From Escherichia phage Lw1: DNA of 64,000 nucleotides. Under the pieces are notes generated by a model. It worked only from the letters and a program-made list of their open reading frames with translations. It was not told the origin of the DNA and did no database searches. The stretch lies in the sequence record KC801932. One strand, given 5' to 3'. This document shows positions 10,220 to 22,109 of the stretch, piece after piece. The stretch's first letter is position 1. Every line of letters starts with the position of its first letter. The position numbers and the translations under genes are program-made.

Positions 10220-10945
10220 ATGGTTGCAAAAATCTCTATAGAACAAAGAGAACATCAATTAAAAGAACGTTGTGCGGAATTAGAACTATCTTTTGATGGA
10301 TGGGTAGACCAATCAGCGATCACAAAATATTCAAAGTTTTATGTTGTTTGCAGTAAAGGACATAGAACAGAAAAACAGATCAAACCATTTGTCAACAAAA
10401 GTCGTCCAAACGGATGTTATTTGTGTTCCCCTAAGATGAAAATATCAAAGGAAAACAGAATCGAGGAAATCAAAACTCTTGCAGATTCAATTGGATATAC
10501 ATTCGTAGATTTCGTTGGGGTGTATAAAGATGCACACACAAAAATATCAATGGTTTGCGATAAAGGCCATAATTGGGATGTAAGTATAGTTGCTTTTCTC
10601 AATCAAGGTCATCGCTGTAAAAAATGCGCAACGTCTGGGTTCAATCCGAACAAACCAGCATACGTATACGTACAATCACTATCTGGAAAATTTCTGAAAT
10701 TTGGGATAACCAACAGAACACCAAAGAAAAGAATGTGTGCGCAATCAAATAAATCCGTTTATAAACACGAACTGGTTTATCAAAAATTATTCGATAAAGG
10801 TATTGATGCAATGAGTATTGAACAGAAGATCAAACAATCTCTTGTTTGTGGCGTAGTCGATAAATCAGATATGATGGATGGATATACAGAAACAACAGAT
10901 ATATCCAATTACGATAAACTGTTGAATATTATAGAAGGAGTATAA
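10220..10945 (+). CDS. putative endonuclease with tandem zinc-ribbon modules and a C-terminal GIY-YIG-like (T5orf172-type) domain, inserted between genes 14 and 15
   Basis: Two repeats of C-x-KGH-x(15-20)-GC-x-x-C; C-terminal AYVYVQSLSGKFLKFGITN resembles GIY-(spacer)-YIG; start chosen at in-frame ATG 10220, which is 11 nt downstream of a GAGG; the six-frame track ORF begins at 10172. Confidence 0.5.
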   Translation: MVAKISIEQREHQLKERCAELELSFDGWVDQSAITKYSKFYVVCSKGHRTEKQIKPFVNKSRPNGCYLCSPKMKISKENRIEEIKTLADSIGYTFVDFVGVYKDAHTKISMVCDKGHNWDVSIVAFLNQGHRCKKCATSGFNPNKPAYVYVQSLSGKFLKFGITNRTPKKRMCAQSNKSVYKHELVYQKLFDKGIDAMSIEQKIKQSLVCGVVDKSDMMDGYTETTDISNYDKLLNIIEGV

Positions 10946-10947
10946 AA

Positions 10948-11765
10948 TTGTTTGGCTACTGGTATAATAGCTCACTGCGTAACTACATTGTTCTTATGGG
11001 ACAATTGTTTAACCATGTTCAGGTTAAAAGAGTTCGCGGCGACCAAGAAAAATTTATTAAGGTTCCAATTACCTACGCATCGAAAGAGAAATTTCTTGCT
11101 TCCATGAATAAACTCAACTATGCGTATAGTCAGGAAAACGTAGCAAAGACGGAAACCATTTTACCGCGAATGAACTTATCACTGGTCGATCTGCAATATA
11201 ACGCAATTCGTAAAACCAGCATCGCGGTCAACCAAAAAATGACGCAATTGCAATCACCCCGCAAGACGATCACGCAGTTTAACCCTGTGCCTTATCGTTT
11301 AATTTTTGAACTGGGTGTGTATACGCGATATGAAGACGACATGTTTCAGATTGCAGAACAGATTTTACCGTATTTTCAACCACATTTCAACTGCAAGATT
11401 ACCGAACTGCATAAGAACGAAATCACAGTTGACCGAGACATCAAAATCAGTCTCCAGTCGGTTGCACCAGATACAACGTTTGAGGGCGAAGCATCACAGC
11501 GCCGACATGTTGAATGGTCTTTCATGTTCGAATTGCAGGGTTATCTGTACCCGCCTGTTACTGACGTTAAGGGCGAAATCAGAACAGTATACACGGATTT
11601 CTTTGCCAATATGAACCCATTGGATAAAGATAACTTTGAATCCGTTGATAGTCAAGCCGATCCGGTAGATCTGCCTTTGCAGGATTACACGGGCGAAGAA
11701 TATATTCAGACGTATTCGCACGATAAGCCGATCCCGTCTGGTGATGAACCTCCTAAGCCGAGGGA

Positions 11766-11769
<4 letters not shown>
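10948..11769 (+). CDS. 15: tail sheath stabiliser / tail completion protein gp15
   Basis: 273 aa; TTG start preceded by AGGAG; MFGYWYNSS..., YEDDMFQI.EQILPYFQPHFN and TVYTDF.AN match recalled T4 gp15. Confidence 0.85.
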
Positions 11770-14109
<2,340 letters not shown>

Positions 14110-14127
14110 ATTAGAGGAAATTCTATA

Positions 14128-16119
14128 ATGGCTTTACAATCTCCAGGTATTGAAACCAAAGAAACATCGGTACAATCTACCGTTGTTCGAAATTCAACTG
14201 GTCGCGCTGCCATTGTTGGTAAATTTTCATGGGGGCCAGCTTATCAGATCCGTCAGATTTCTAACGAAGTCGAACTGGTAAACTATTTTGGTTCCCCAGA
14301 CAACCTAACCGCTGATTATTTCATGAGTGCTGTTAACTTCTTGCAGTACGGTAATGATCTCCGTGTGGTTCGTGTTGTCGATAAAGATGCCGCAAAAAAC
14401 GCAAGCGCAATTTTTAACCAGATCAAAACAACCATTGCTTCGCAGGGTTCCAACTACACCGTTGGCGACGTAATTAAGGTAAAATATAGCAACAACGTAG
14501 TTGAAGAAAATGGTAAAGTGTCAAAAGTTGACAGTAACGGCAAAATCCTTGCGGTAGTCATCCCAAGCGAAAAAATCGTTGCTCGTGCAAAACAGATCGG
14601 GACTTATCCAGATATTTCTACTGGCTGGACTACTGAAATCGTTTCTCAGTCTTCTGGTGTGTCTGCGTCAATCACGATCGATGGTATCGAAAGCGATTCT
14701 GGTATCACTCTGCTGAACCTGGATATTGCTAAAGAAACCATTCAAGGAACTGCGTTCCAGACACTGACCCAGAAATACCAGATCCCATCTGTTGTGGCTC
14801 TGTATCCTGGCGAACTGGGTTCTACTGTAGAGGTGGAGATTATCTCCAAAGCTGCTTACGATTCTGGCGCTATGATTTCCGGTTTCCCTTCTGGGATCTC
14901 CGTTAAAAACAGCGGTCGCTCTGTGATGACTTATGGTCCACAGACCGAAAACCAGTACGCTTTTGTTGTGCGTCGTGGTGGTATTGTACAAGAATCTTTC
15001 ATCGTGTCAACAGAAAAAACCGACAAAGATATCTACGGCGTAAACATCTATATGGATGACTTTTTCGCTAACGGTGGTTCACAGTACGTATTCGGTACTT
15101 CTATGAACTGGCCTAAAGGCTTCTCCGGTATTCTAGAATTTGGTGGTGGTTTGTCCTCAAACGACACCGTAGGCGCTGATGAACTGATGACTGGTTGGGA
15201 TATGTTCGCTGATCGCGAAGCCCTTCACGTCCCGCTGCTGATTGCTGGTGCTTGTGCTGGTGAAACCGTAGAAGTAATGTCTACTGTTCAGAAGCATGTT
15301 ATCTCGATCGGTGACGAACGTCAGGATTGTACTGTGTTTGTATCGCCTCCGCGTTCTCTTCTGGTGAACATTCCTCTTGCTCAGGCAGTGGATAACATCG
15401 TTGAATGGCGTATGGGATATACAATCAGTGGTAACACTCCGGTAGACAACAACCTGAACGTAAGTTCAAGCTATGGCTTCCTGGATGGTAACTATAAATA
15501 TCAGTATGATAAATACAATGACGTGAACCGCTGGGTTCCGCTGGCAGGTGATATCGCTGGCCTGTGTGTTTACACTGATAGCGTTGCGCAACCGTGGATG
15601 TCTCCGGCTGGTTACAACCGTGGTCAGATCCGTAACTGCATTAAACTGGCTATTGAACCGCGTACTGCACACCGTGACGCGATGTATCAAGTTCAGATTA
15701 ACCCGGTAACAGGTTTTGCAGGTGGCTCTGGTTTCGTTCTGTTCGGTGATAAAACACTGACTAATGTTCCGAGTCCGTTCGATCGTATCAACGTTCGTCG
15801 CTTGTTCAACATGATCAAGAAAGACATCGGGGATAACGCGAAATACAAACTGTTTGAAAACAACGACGATTTCACCCGTGCTTCGTTCCGTATGGATACT
15901 GGTCAGTACATGACGAATATTCGTGCGCTGGGTGGTTGCTATGATTACCGTGTAATCTGCGATACCACGAACAACACGCCGGATGTAATTGATCGTAACG
16001 AGTTTGTAGCGACCATTTACGTGAAACCGCCACGTTCTATCAACTACATCACTCTGAACTTCGTAGCAACGTCTACAGGCGCAGATTTCGATGAATTGGT
16101 AGGGCCACAAGCCGTATAA
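14128..16119 (+). CDS. 18: tail sheath protein gp18
   Basis: 663 aa; N-terminus SPGIETKETSVQSTVV and C-terminus RSINYITLNFVATSTGADFDEL match recalled T4 gp18. Confidence 0.92.
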   Translation: MALQSPGIETKETSVQSTVVRNSTGRAAIVGKFSWGPAYQIRQISNEVELVNYFGSPDNLTADYFMSAVNFLQYGNDLRVVRVVDKDAAKNASAIFNQIKTTIASQGSNYTVGDVIKVKYSNNVVEENGKVSKVDSNGKILAVVIPSEKIVARAKQIGTYPDISTGWTTEIVSQSSGVSASITIDGIESDSGITLLNLDIAKETIQGTAFQTLTQKYQIPSVVALYPGELGSTVEVEIISKAAYDSGAMISGFPSGISVKNSGRSVMTYGPQTENQYAFVVRRGGIVQESFIVSTEKTDKDIYGVNIYMDDFFANGGSQYVFGTSMNWPKGFSGILEFGGGLSSNDTVGADELMTGWDMFADREALHVPLLIAGACAGETVEVMSTVQKHVISIGDERQDCTVFVSPPRSLLVNIPLAQAVDNIVEWRMGYTISGNTPVDNNLNVSSSYGFLDGNYKYQYDKYNDVNRWVPLAGDIAGLCVYTDSVAQPWMSPAGYNRGQIRNCIKLAIEPRTAHRDAMYQVQINPVTGFAGGSGFVLFGDKTLTNVPSPFDRINVRRLFNMIKKDIGDNAKYKLFENNDDFTRASFRMDTGQYMTNIRALGGCYDYRVICDTTNNTPDVIDRNEFVATIYVKPPRSINYITLNFVATSTGADFDELVGPQAV

Positions 16120-16141
16120 GTCAAAGGGGCTTTTCAGCCCC

Positions 16142-16149
16142 TATAAATA
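16142..16149 (+). promoter_or_regulatory. T4-type late promoter core TATAAATA upstream of gene 19
   Basis: Exact TATAAATA, 15 nt upstream of the gp19 ATG. Confidence 0.55.
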
Positions 16150-16163
16150 ATCCGAGGTTAAAA

Positions 16164-16649
16164 ATGCTTACTGACATTTTACGCGCCTTTGAATCCGGTG
16201 ATTTCGCACGTCCGAACTTGTTCGAAGTAGAGATCCCGTATCTGGGCAAAAACTTTAAATTCAAATGTAAAGCGGCAACAATGCCAGCGGCTACAGTTGA
16301 AAAAGTCCCTGTAGGCTACCAGAACCGCAAAATTAACGTTGCTGGCGACCGTACCTATGATGACTGGACAATCACAATCTATAACGATGACGCGCACAAT
16401 ACGAGAAACGCACTGGTAGCATGGTCAAATATGCTGCACGGTATGGGTGATCAAATTAGCGGTGATATTCCAGCGAACTACAAAAAAACTGCTACGGTGA
16501 AACAGAAAAACCGTAACGAAGAGATAACCGCTGAACACACCATTCATGGTTTATTCCCGACTAACGTTGGTGAGGTTACTTTGGACTGGGATTCGAATAA
16601 TGAAGTATCAACTTTCGAGTGTACCTTTGCGCTGGACTGGTGGGAATAA
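16164..16649 (+). CDS. 19: tail tube protein gp19
   Basis: 161 aa; size and position match T4 gp19 (163 aa) between sheath and portal; late promoter upstream. Confidence 0.85.
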   Translation: MLTDILRAFESGDFARPNLFEVEIPYLGKNFKFKCKAATMPAATVEKVPVGYQNRKINVAGDRTYDDWTITIYNDDAHNTRNALVAWSNMLHGMGDQISGDIPANYKKTATVKQKNRNEEITAEHTIHGLFPTNVGEVTLDWDSNNEVSTFECTFALDWWE

Positions 16650-16654
16650 AGAGT

Positions 16655-16662
16655 TATAAATA
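16655..16662 (+). promoter_or_regulatory. T4-type late promoter core TATAAATA upstream of gene 20
   Basis: Exact TATAAATA; followed by stem-loop AGGGGTA-gcaa-TACCCCT and a T-run. Confidence 0.5.
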
Positions 16663-16663
16663 C

Positions 16664-16690
16664 AGGGGTAGCAATACCCCTATCATTATT
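16664..16690 (+). terminator. stem-loop with T-run between genes 19 and 20
   Basis: AGGGGTA/TACCCCT stem then ATCATTATTTTT; it lies downstream of the late promoter core, so it could instead be a 5' mRNA hairpin. Confidence 0.4.
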
Positions 16691-16703
16691 TTTCGGAGTT
16701 ACT

Positions 16704-18278
16704 ATGAACTTTTTGGGCTTTGGCAATGTACTTAGCTTTTTCAAGAATTTCGCCCGTGAGGATGAAATTGAACTTGAACAGCAATTAAAAAATGATACAG
16801 GTTCGGTCGCGCCTCCTAAAAATAATGATGGTGCTTACGAGATCGAAACCGATCTGAATAACCAGAAATATGCTGGCGTATTCCAACAATTTTATTCTGG
16901 ACAAGATCCAGCGATCCAAAACAAAGAACAATTAATTAATACGTATCGCGGTATTATGTCTTATCCAGAAGTTGAAAACGCAGTGTCGGAAATTATCGAC
17001 GATGCGATCGTTAACGAACAGGGTAAAGATATCATCACCCTGGATCTGGCTAAAACGAATTTTAGTAAGGCTATTCAAGATAAGATCGTTGAAGAGTTCG
17101 ACAACGTTCTAAATATCTATGACTTTGATAACATGGGCGCACGTCTGTTCCGTGATTGGTATGTGGATTCCCGTATATACTTCCATAAAATCATGCACAA
17201 AGACGAAACCAAAGGTATCCGCGAACTGCGTCAACTTGACCCGCGTTGCATGGAACTGATCCGAGAATCTATCACAGAAACCCTTGATGGTGGCGTGAAA
17301 GTATTCCGGGGTTATCGCGAATTTTTCGTGTATAGCGCTCCTAAAGCTGGCTATACATACAACGGACAGATCTACCAGGCAAACCAGAAGATTAAGATCC
17401 CGCGCTCCGCTATCGTGTACGCTCATTCCGGTCTGGAAGATTGCAGCAACAATATTATCGGATATCTTCACCGCGCTGTCAAGCCTGCAAACCAATTGCG
17501 TTTGCTTGAAGATGCGATGGTGATCTACCGTATTACCCGTGCTCCTGAACGCCGTGTGTTCTATATCGACGTTGGACAGATGGGCGGTAACAAAGCGACT
17601 CAGTACGTGAATAACATTGCACAGGGCTTAAAAAACCGTGTTGTGTATGATGCCCGTACAGGTACTGTTAAAAACCAGCAGAACAACCTGTCAATGACAG
17701 AAGATTACTGGTTGATGCGTCGTGACGGTAAAGCGATTACAGAGGTTTCTACGCTTCCAGGCGGTCAGAACTTCTCTGATATGGATGATATCAAATGGTT
17801 TAACCGTAAGCTCTATGAAGCCCTGCGTGTGCCATTAAGCCGTATGCCTCGCGATGACGGGGGTATGCAAATTGGTGGTGGTGGTGAAATCACCCGTGAT
17901 GAACTCAAATTTAACAAGTTCATACGCACACTGCAAATTCAGTTCAGTCCTGTTCTGTCAGATCCGTTAAAAACGAACCTGATTGCGAAAAAAGTCATCA
18001 CCGAAGATGAATGGGACGAGAACGTTAGCAAAATTTCGTTTATCTTCCAGCAGGATTCATATTATGCGGAAGTAAAAGACATCGAGATCATGGAACGCCG
18101 TCTAACGTTGATGTCTCAGGTCGAGGGTGTAGTTGGGAAATATGTCTCCCATAAATACATCATGAAAGAGATTCTTCGAATGTCCGACGAGGATATTGAC
18201 GAACAAGCGAAATTGATCGAAGAAGAATCTAAAGAAGAACGTTTTAAAAATCCAGAAGCGGAAGAGGAAAACTTTTGA
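16704..18278 (+). CDS. 20: portal vertex protein gp20
   Basis: 524 aa (T4 gp20 is 524 aa); position between tail tube and prohead core genes. Confidence 0.88.
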   Translation: MNFLGFGNVLSFFKNFAREDEIELEQQLKNDTGSVAPPKNNDGAYEIETDLNNQKYAGVFQQFYSGQDPAIQNKEQLINTYRGIMSYPEVENAVSEIIDDAIVNEQGKDIITLDLAKTNFSKAIQDKIVEEFDNVLNIYDFDNMGARLFRDWYVDSRIYFHKIMHKDETKGIRELRQLDPRCMELIRESITETLDGGVKVFRGYREFFVYSAPKAGYTYNGQIYQANQKIKIPRSAIVYAHSGLEDCSNNIIGYLHRAVKPANQLRLLEDAMVIYRITRAPERRVFYIDVGQMGGNKATQYVNNIAQGLKNRVVYDARTGTVKNQQNNLSMTEDYWLMRRDGKAITEVSTLPGGQNFSDMDDIKWFNRKLYEALRVPLSRMPRDDGGMQIGGGGEITRDELKFNKFIRTLQIQFSPVLSDPLKTNLIAKKVITEDEWDENVSKISFIFQQDSYYAEVKDIEIMERRLTLMSQVEGVVGKYVSHKYIMKEILRMSDEDIDEQAKLIEEESKEERFKNPEAEEENF

Positions 18279-18523
18279 TGAAAGAATTTATCGAAGCAAT
18301 CAAAAGCGGCGATCTGGTGGAGGCTAAGAAGCAATTCTACTCCATCATGGAAGACCGTACCGAAGCCCTTCGCCAAGAAATGCGCGTTGAAATTGCAGAA
18401 GCAGTCCGAATCGAAGGTGAAACCGACGAAGACGACAGCGACGATGATAAAGACGACAAAGACGGCGAAAAAGGCGAAAAAGACAAAAAGCCGTCTGAAA
18501 AAGACGACAAAGCCGACGAATAA
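18275..18523 (+). CDS. 67: prohead core protein gp67-like (acidic)
   Basis: 82 aa; highly acidic D/E/K-rich C-terminus; position between portal and gp68/gp21 as in T4. Confidence 0.6.
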   Translation: MMKEFIEAIKSGDLVEAKKQFYSIMEDRTEALRQEMRVEIAEAVRIEGETDEDDSDDDKDDKDGEKGEKDKKPSEKDDKADE

Positions 18524-18535
18524 GAGGTGTAAATA

Positions 18536-18943
18536 ATGCAACTCGAACTCGAAGATATTAGTACCGAACTTATCGAACCCCATTTAACCGAAGCGAAAGC
18601 CCGTGTTGATATTCTGGGGATTGATGAAGGTACAATTAAAATTATCGAAAATTTGGCGGTCGATGAACCTCATTTGGCCCTGGCGATGATGTCCATTGTT
18701 GAGGGTTTGAGTTTAGATGAAGTCATTGTTAAACACGTCGATTCTCGCGGTAATGTGGAACGTAAAAAGGACCGCAAAACCCGTGAACGTAACGCGTATC
18801 AAACAACTGGTCTTACTAAATCTCAACGTCGCCAGATCGCGCGTCGTGCGATGAAAACAAAACGTGCGAATCCTTCTATTACAACCCGCGCACAACGTAA
18901 GCGCAAAAAAGCGCTCCGTAAACGCGCCGCATTAGGGCTATAA
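18536..18943 (+). CDS. 68: prohead core protein gp68-like
   Basis: 135 aa; basic C-terminal tail; position as in T4. Confidence 0.6.
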   Translation: MQLELEDISTELIEPHLTEAKARVDILGIDEGTIKIIENLAVDEPHLALAMMSIVEGLSLDEVIVKHVDSRGNVERKKDRKTRERNAYQTTGLTKSQRRQIARRAMKTKRANPSITTRAQRKRKKALRKRAALGL

Positions 18944-18945
18944 AT

Positions 18946-19593
18946 ATGAATGAATCCCAACTCAATGAAAACGGCGATATGCTGCTAATCGAGGAATGGG
19001 GTTTACCTTGTGCGGATATTTCCGATTCGATTTTAGAATCGGTCGGTGCGTCTAAAGACGGTAAACTTCGGATTGAAGGTATTTTCCTACAGGCTGAAAA
19101 AGTAAACCGTAATAAACGACTGTACCCGAAAAAAGTATTAGAAGAAGCAGTAAATGATTATATCAGAACTCAAGTTAATACCCGTCAAGCACTGGGTGAA
19201 ATGAATCACCCTCCGCGCCCGAATGTGGACCCGCGAAATGCTTGCATCCTCATTGAAAAAATGTGGTGGAAAGGTAATGACGTTTGGGGCCGTGCGGTTG
19301 TTGTCGAAGGTGACAACGCGGATGGTGATAAACTTGCGGCGTTAATTCGTGCTGGTTGGGTTCCTGGTGTTTCTTCTCGCGGACTAGGTAAACTTGCCGA
19401 TTCCGGTAAAGGTTACGGTATCGTACAAGAAGGGTTTAAATTGGCTGTAGGTGTTGATGTAGTTTGGGGGCCAAGCGCTCCAGATGCTTACGTTAAACCA
19501 ATAACCGAATCTCAGCAGACGAAACCGCTTGTTGAGAATATTAGTGCTGATGACGCTTTCAGAAAATTATCTGAACGTTTGAAAGGTCTATAA
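18946..19593 (+). CDS. 21: prohead core scaffold protein and protease gp21
   Basis: 215 aa; position and size match T4 gp21; conserved block GIFLQAEKVNRNKRLYPKKVLEEAV. Confidence 0.85.
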   Translation: MNESQLNENGDMLLIEEWGLPCADISDSILESVGASKDGKLRIEGIFLQAEKVNRNKRLYPKKVLEEAVNDYIRTQVNTRQALGEMNHPPRPNVDPRNACILIEKMWWKGNDVWGRAVVVEGDNADGDKLAALIRAGWVPGVSSRGLGKLADSGKGYGIVQEGFKLAVGVDVVWGPSAPDAYVKPITESQQTKPLVENISADDAFRKLSERLKGL

Positions 19594-19596
19594 ATA
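19589..19596 (+). promoter_or_regulatory. T4-type late promoter core TATAAATA upstream of gene 22
   Basis: Exact TATAAATA, 28 nt upstream of the gp22 ATG. Confidence 0.5.
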
Positions 19597-19623
19597 ATAT
19601 CATATCAAACAGGAAACTTAGAA

Positions 19624-20415
19624 ATGCTAAAAGAACAACTGTTGGCAGAAGCCCAGAACCTGGATACTCCAGTTGAGTTAGACAGCATTTTCGAATCAGT
19701 TGAACTTTCTGATGAAGTGAAAGCGAATTTCACCACTGTATTCGAACAAGCTGTAAAAGCTAACGCTGTAAAACTCGCAGAATCCCATATCAATCAGATC
19801 GCGGAACGTTCCGATGAACTGGTTGAAGCCCAGGTTGCCGAAAAAGCTGGCGCAATCGAAACACAACTGTACGAAGATGCAAATAAATACTTCGACCACA
19901 TCGCACAAGAATGGCTCTCAGAAAACAAAGAAGCCGTATCCCGCGATATTAAGGCCGACTTATTCGAATCTCTGGTTGCTGGTATGAAAGAATTGTTCGT
20001 TGATCACAACGTAATTATTCCAGAAGCCCAGGTTGATGTTGTTGCAGAACTCGAAGATGAACTGACCGAAAATCAGCAGGAAGTTAAGCGCCTGTTTGAA
20101 GCGAATCAGGCTCAGGCTAAAGAGATCGCCAACATGAAACGCGATACAATCGTTTCAGAAAAAACCAAAGATTTAACCGAATCCCAGGTTGAGAAAGTTC
20201 AGAACCTGATCGAAGGTTTGGAATATTCCGACAAGTTCGAATCCAAACTGACCGCAATTGTCGAAATGGTAGCGACTAAAGCGGAAAAACAGGTTGACGA
20301 GAGTACAAATACTCAGACAACCACTAAAGACGATTTTGTTCCGGTAAATGAAAATGCTCCGGCAGAGAAATCGAAGATCAATAAATATGTTGAAGCGGCT
20401 AAACGCCTTTCCTAA
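19624..20415 (+). CDS. 22: prohead core scaffold protein gp22
   Basis: 263 aa; acidic, alanine/glutamate-rich coiled coil typical of scaffold; synteny. Confidence 0.8.
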   Translation: MLKEQLLAEAQNLDTPVELDSIFESVELSDEVKANFTTVFEQAVKANAVKLAESHINQIAERSDELVEAQVAEKAGAIETQLYEDANKYFDHIAQEWLSENKEAVSRDIKADLFESLVAGMKELFVDHNVIIPEAQVDVVAELEDELTENQQEVKRLFEANQAQAKEIANMKRDTIVSEKTKDLTESQVEKVQNLIEGLEYSDKFESKLTAIVEMVATKAEKQVDESTNTQTTTKDDFVPVNENAPAEKSKINKYVEAAKRLS

Positions 20416-20436
20416 TCTTTTATAAGGTAAGAAACA

Positions 20437-22017
20437 ATGTCTAAGAAAAACGAATTGATGGAAAAATGGAACGATCTTCTGGAATCTCAGGAAGGTTTAC
20501 CGGATATCGCTACCAAATCCAAAAAACAACTGGTCGCTGCCATTCTGGAAGCACAGGAAAAAGACGCTGAAACCGATCCGGTTTATCGCGACGAAAAAAT
20601 TGTGGAATCCTTCGGTGGTTTCCTGGCAGAAGCAGAAATTGCTGGCGATCATAACTATGACCCGACCAACATCGCTTCTGGTAAATCCAGCGGTGCTATC
20701 ACCAACATCGGTCCTGCTGTAATCGGTATGGTTCGCCGTGCGATCCCTAACCTGATTGCGTTCGACATTTGCGGTGTTCAGCCTATGACTGGTCCTACTG
20801 GTCAGGTGTTCGCTCTCCGTGCTGTCTACGGTAAAGATCCTCTGGCTGGCGGTACTCCGGCAGATGTTCGTGAAGCATTCCATCCGATGTTTGCCCCGGA
20901 TACCATGTATTCTGGTCAGGGTGCTGCACCAAGCAACGGTTTCGCGAAAATCACTACTGGTACTGCAATTGCAACTGGCGCTATCGTTTACCACTTCTTC
21001 GAAGAAACTGGTATTGCGTACTTCCAGAACGTAACTTCTGGTAACGTAACCGTAACTGGTGCTACTCCGGCAGAACTGGACCTGGCTGTTACCGCAGAGA
21101 ACGAAAAAGGTACTCTGGCTGAAATTTCTCAGGCTATGGCTACCAGTGTAGCAGAACTCCAGGAAAACTTCAACGGTTCCAGTTCTAACCCGTGGAACGA
21201 AATGGCTTTCCGTATCGACAAACAGGTTATCGAAGCCCGTAGCCGTCAACTGAAAGCACAGTATTCCGTTGAACTGGCACAGGATCTCCGCGCTGTTCAC
21301 GGTATGGACGCTGACGCAGAACTGTCTGCAATCCTGGCAACTGAAATCATGCTGGAAATCAACCGCGAAATCGTTGATCTGATCAACTTTACCGCGCAGA
21401 TTGGTAAAACTGGTTTCACCAAGACTGTAGGCTCTAAAGCTGGTGCGTTTGACTTCCAAGATCCGGTAGATATTCGCGGCGCTCGTTGGGCTGGTGAAAG
21501 CTACAAAGCTCTGTTGATTCAGATCGACAAAGAAGCGAACGAAATCGCACGTCAAACAGGCCGTGGTGCTGGTAACTTCATCATCGCTTCCCGTAACGTG
21601 GTTTCCGCTCTGGCTCGTATCGACAGCGGTATTACTCCGGCAGGTCAGGGCTTGCAGAAGTCTCTGAACGTTGACACTACCAAAGCGGTATTCGCTGGTG
21701 TTCTGGGTGGCACTTACAAAGTGTACATCGACCAGTACGCTCGTAGCGATTACTTCACCGTTGGCTTCAAGGGTGATAACGAAATGGATGCTGGTATCTA
21801 CTACGCTCCATACGTTGCGCTTACCCCGCTGCGTGGTTCTGATCCGAAGAACTTCCAGCCAGTAATGGGCTTCAAAACTCGTTACGGTATCGGTATCAAC
21901 CCGTTTGCGAACTCTCGCACTCAGGCTCCGGCAGATCGTATCACCTCCGGTATGATCACTAAAGACATGGTCGGCAAAAACGCATACTTCCGTAAAGTAT
22001 ACGTTAAAGGTCTGTAA
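20437..22017 (+). CDS. 23: major capsid protein gp23
   Basis: 526 aa; long near-identical stretches to T4 gp23 (VRRAIPNLIAFDICGVQPM..PTGQVFALRAVYGKDP, EAEIAGDHNYDPTNIASG). Confidence 0.95.
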   Translation: MSKKNELMEKWNDLLESQEGLPDIATKSKKQLVAAILEAQEKDAETDPVYRDEKIVESFGGFLAEAEIAGDHNYDPTNIASGKSSGAITNIGPAVIGMVRRAIPNLIAFDICGVQPMTGPTGQVFALRAVYGKDPLAGGTPADVREAFHPMFAPDTMYSGQGAAPSNGFAKITTGTAIATGAIVYHFFEETGIAYFQNVTSGNVTVTGATPAELDLAVTAENEKGTLAEISQAMATSVAELQENFNGSSSNPWNEMAFRIDKQVIEARSRQLKAQYSVELAQDLRAVHGMDADAELSAILATEIMLEINREIVDLINFTAQIGKTGFTKTVGSKAGAFDFQDPVDIRGARWAGESYKALLIQIDKEANEIARQTGRGAGNFIIASRNVVSALARIDSGITPAGQGLQKSLNVDTTKAVFAGVLGGTYKVYIDQYARSDYFTVGFKGDNEMDAGIYYAPYVALTPLRGSDPKNFQPVMGFKTRYGIGINPFANSRTQAPADRITSGMITKDMVGKNAYFRKVYVKGL

Positions 22018-22033
22018 GACTTTACACAAGAAA

Positions 22034-22058
22034 GGCAACCTACGGGTTGCCTTTTTTT
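22034..22058 (+). terminator. rho-independent terminator after gene 23
   Basis: GGCAACC-tacg-GGTTGCC followed by TTTTTTT. Confidence 0.7.
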
Positions 22059-22109
22059 ATGGTGTAAATAGATACAGGATAAAAGCCCTCTAATTCAGGA
22101 ACCAAAGAA

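Noticed and set aside
15466-16110. 214-aa minus-strand ORF inside the tail sheath gene
   Set aside because: Antisense to gp18; shadow ORF
18939-18946. TATAAATA overlapping the gp68 stop and the gp21 start codon
   Set aside because: A transcript started here would begin at or beyond the gp21 ATG; more likely a chance match created by the TAA stop and AT-rich junction than a functional late promoter
20497-22038. 513-aa ORF on the minus strand spanning the whole gene 23 region
   Set aside because: Exactly antisense to the unmistakable major capsid gene; the product is low-complexity (S/T/R/V-rich) with no ribosome-binding site; a typical shadow ORF of a highly expressed, codon-biased gene
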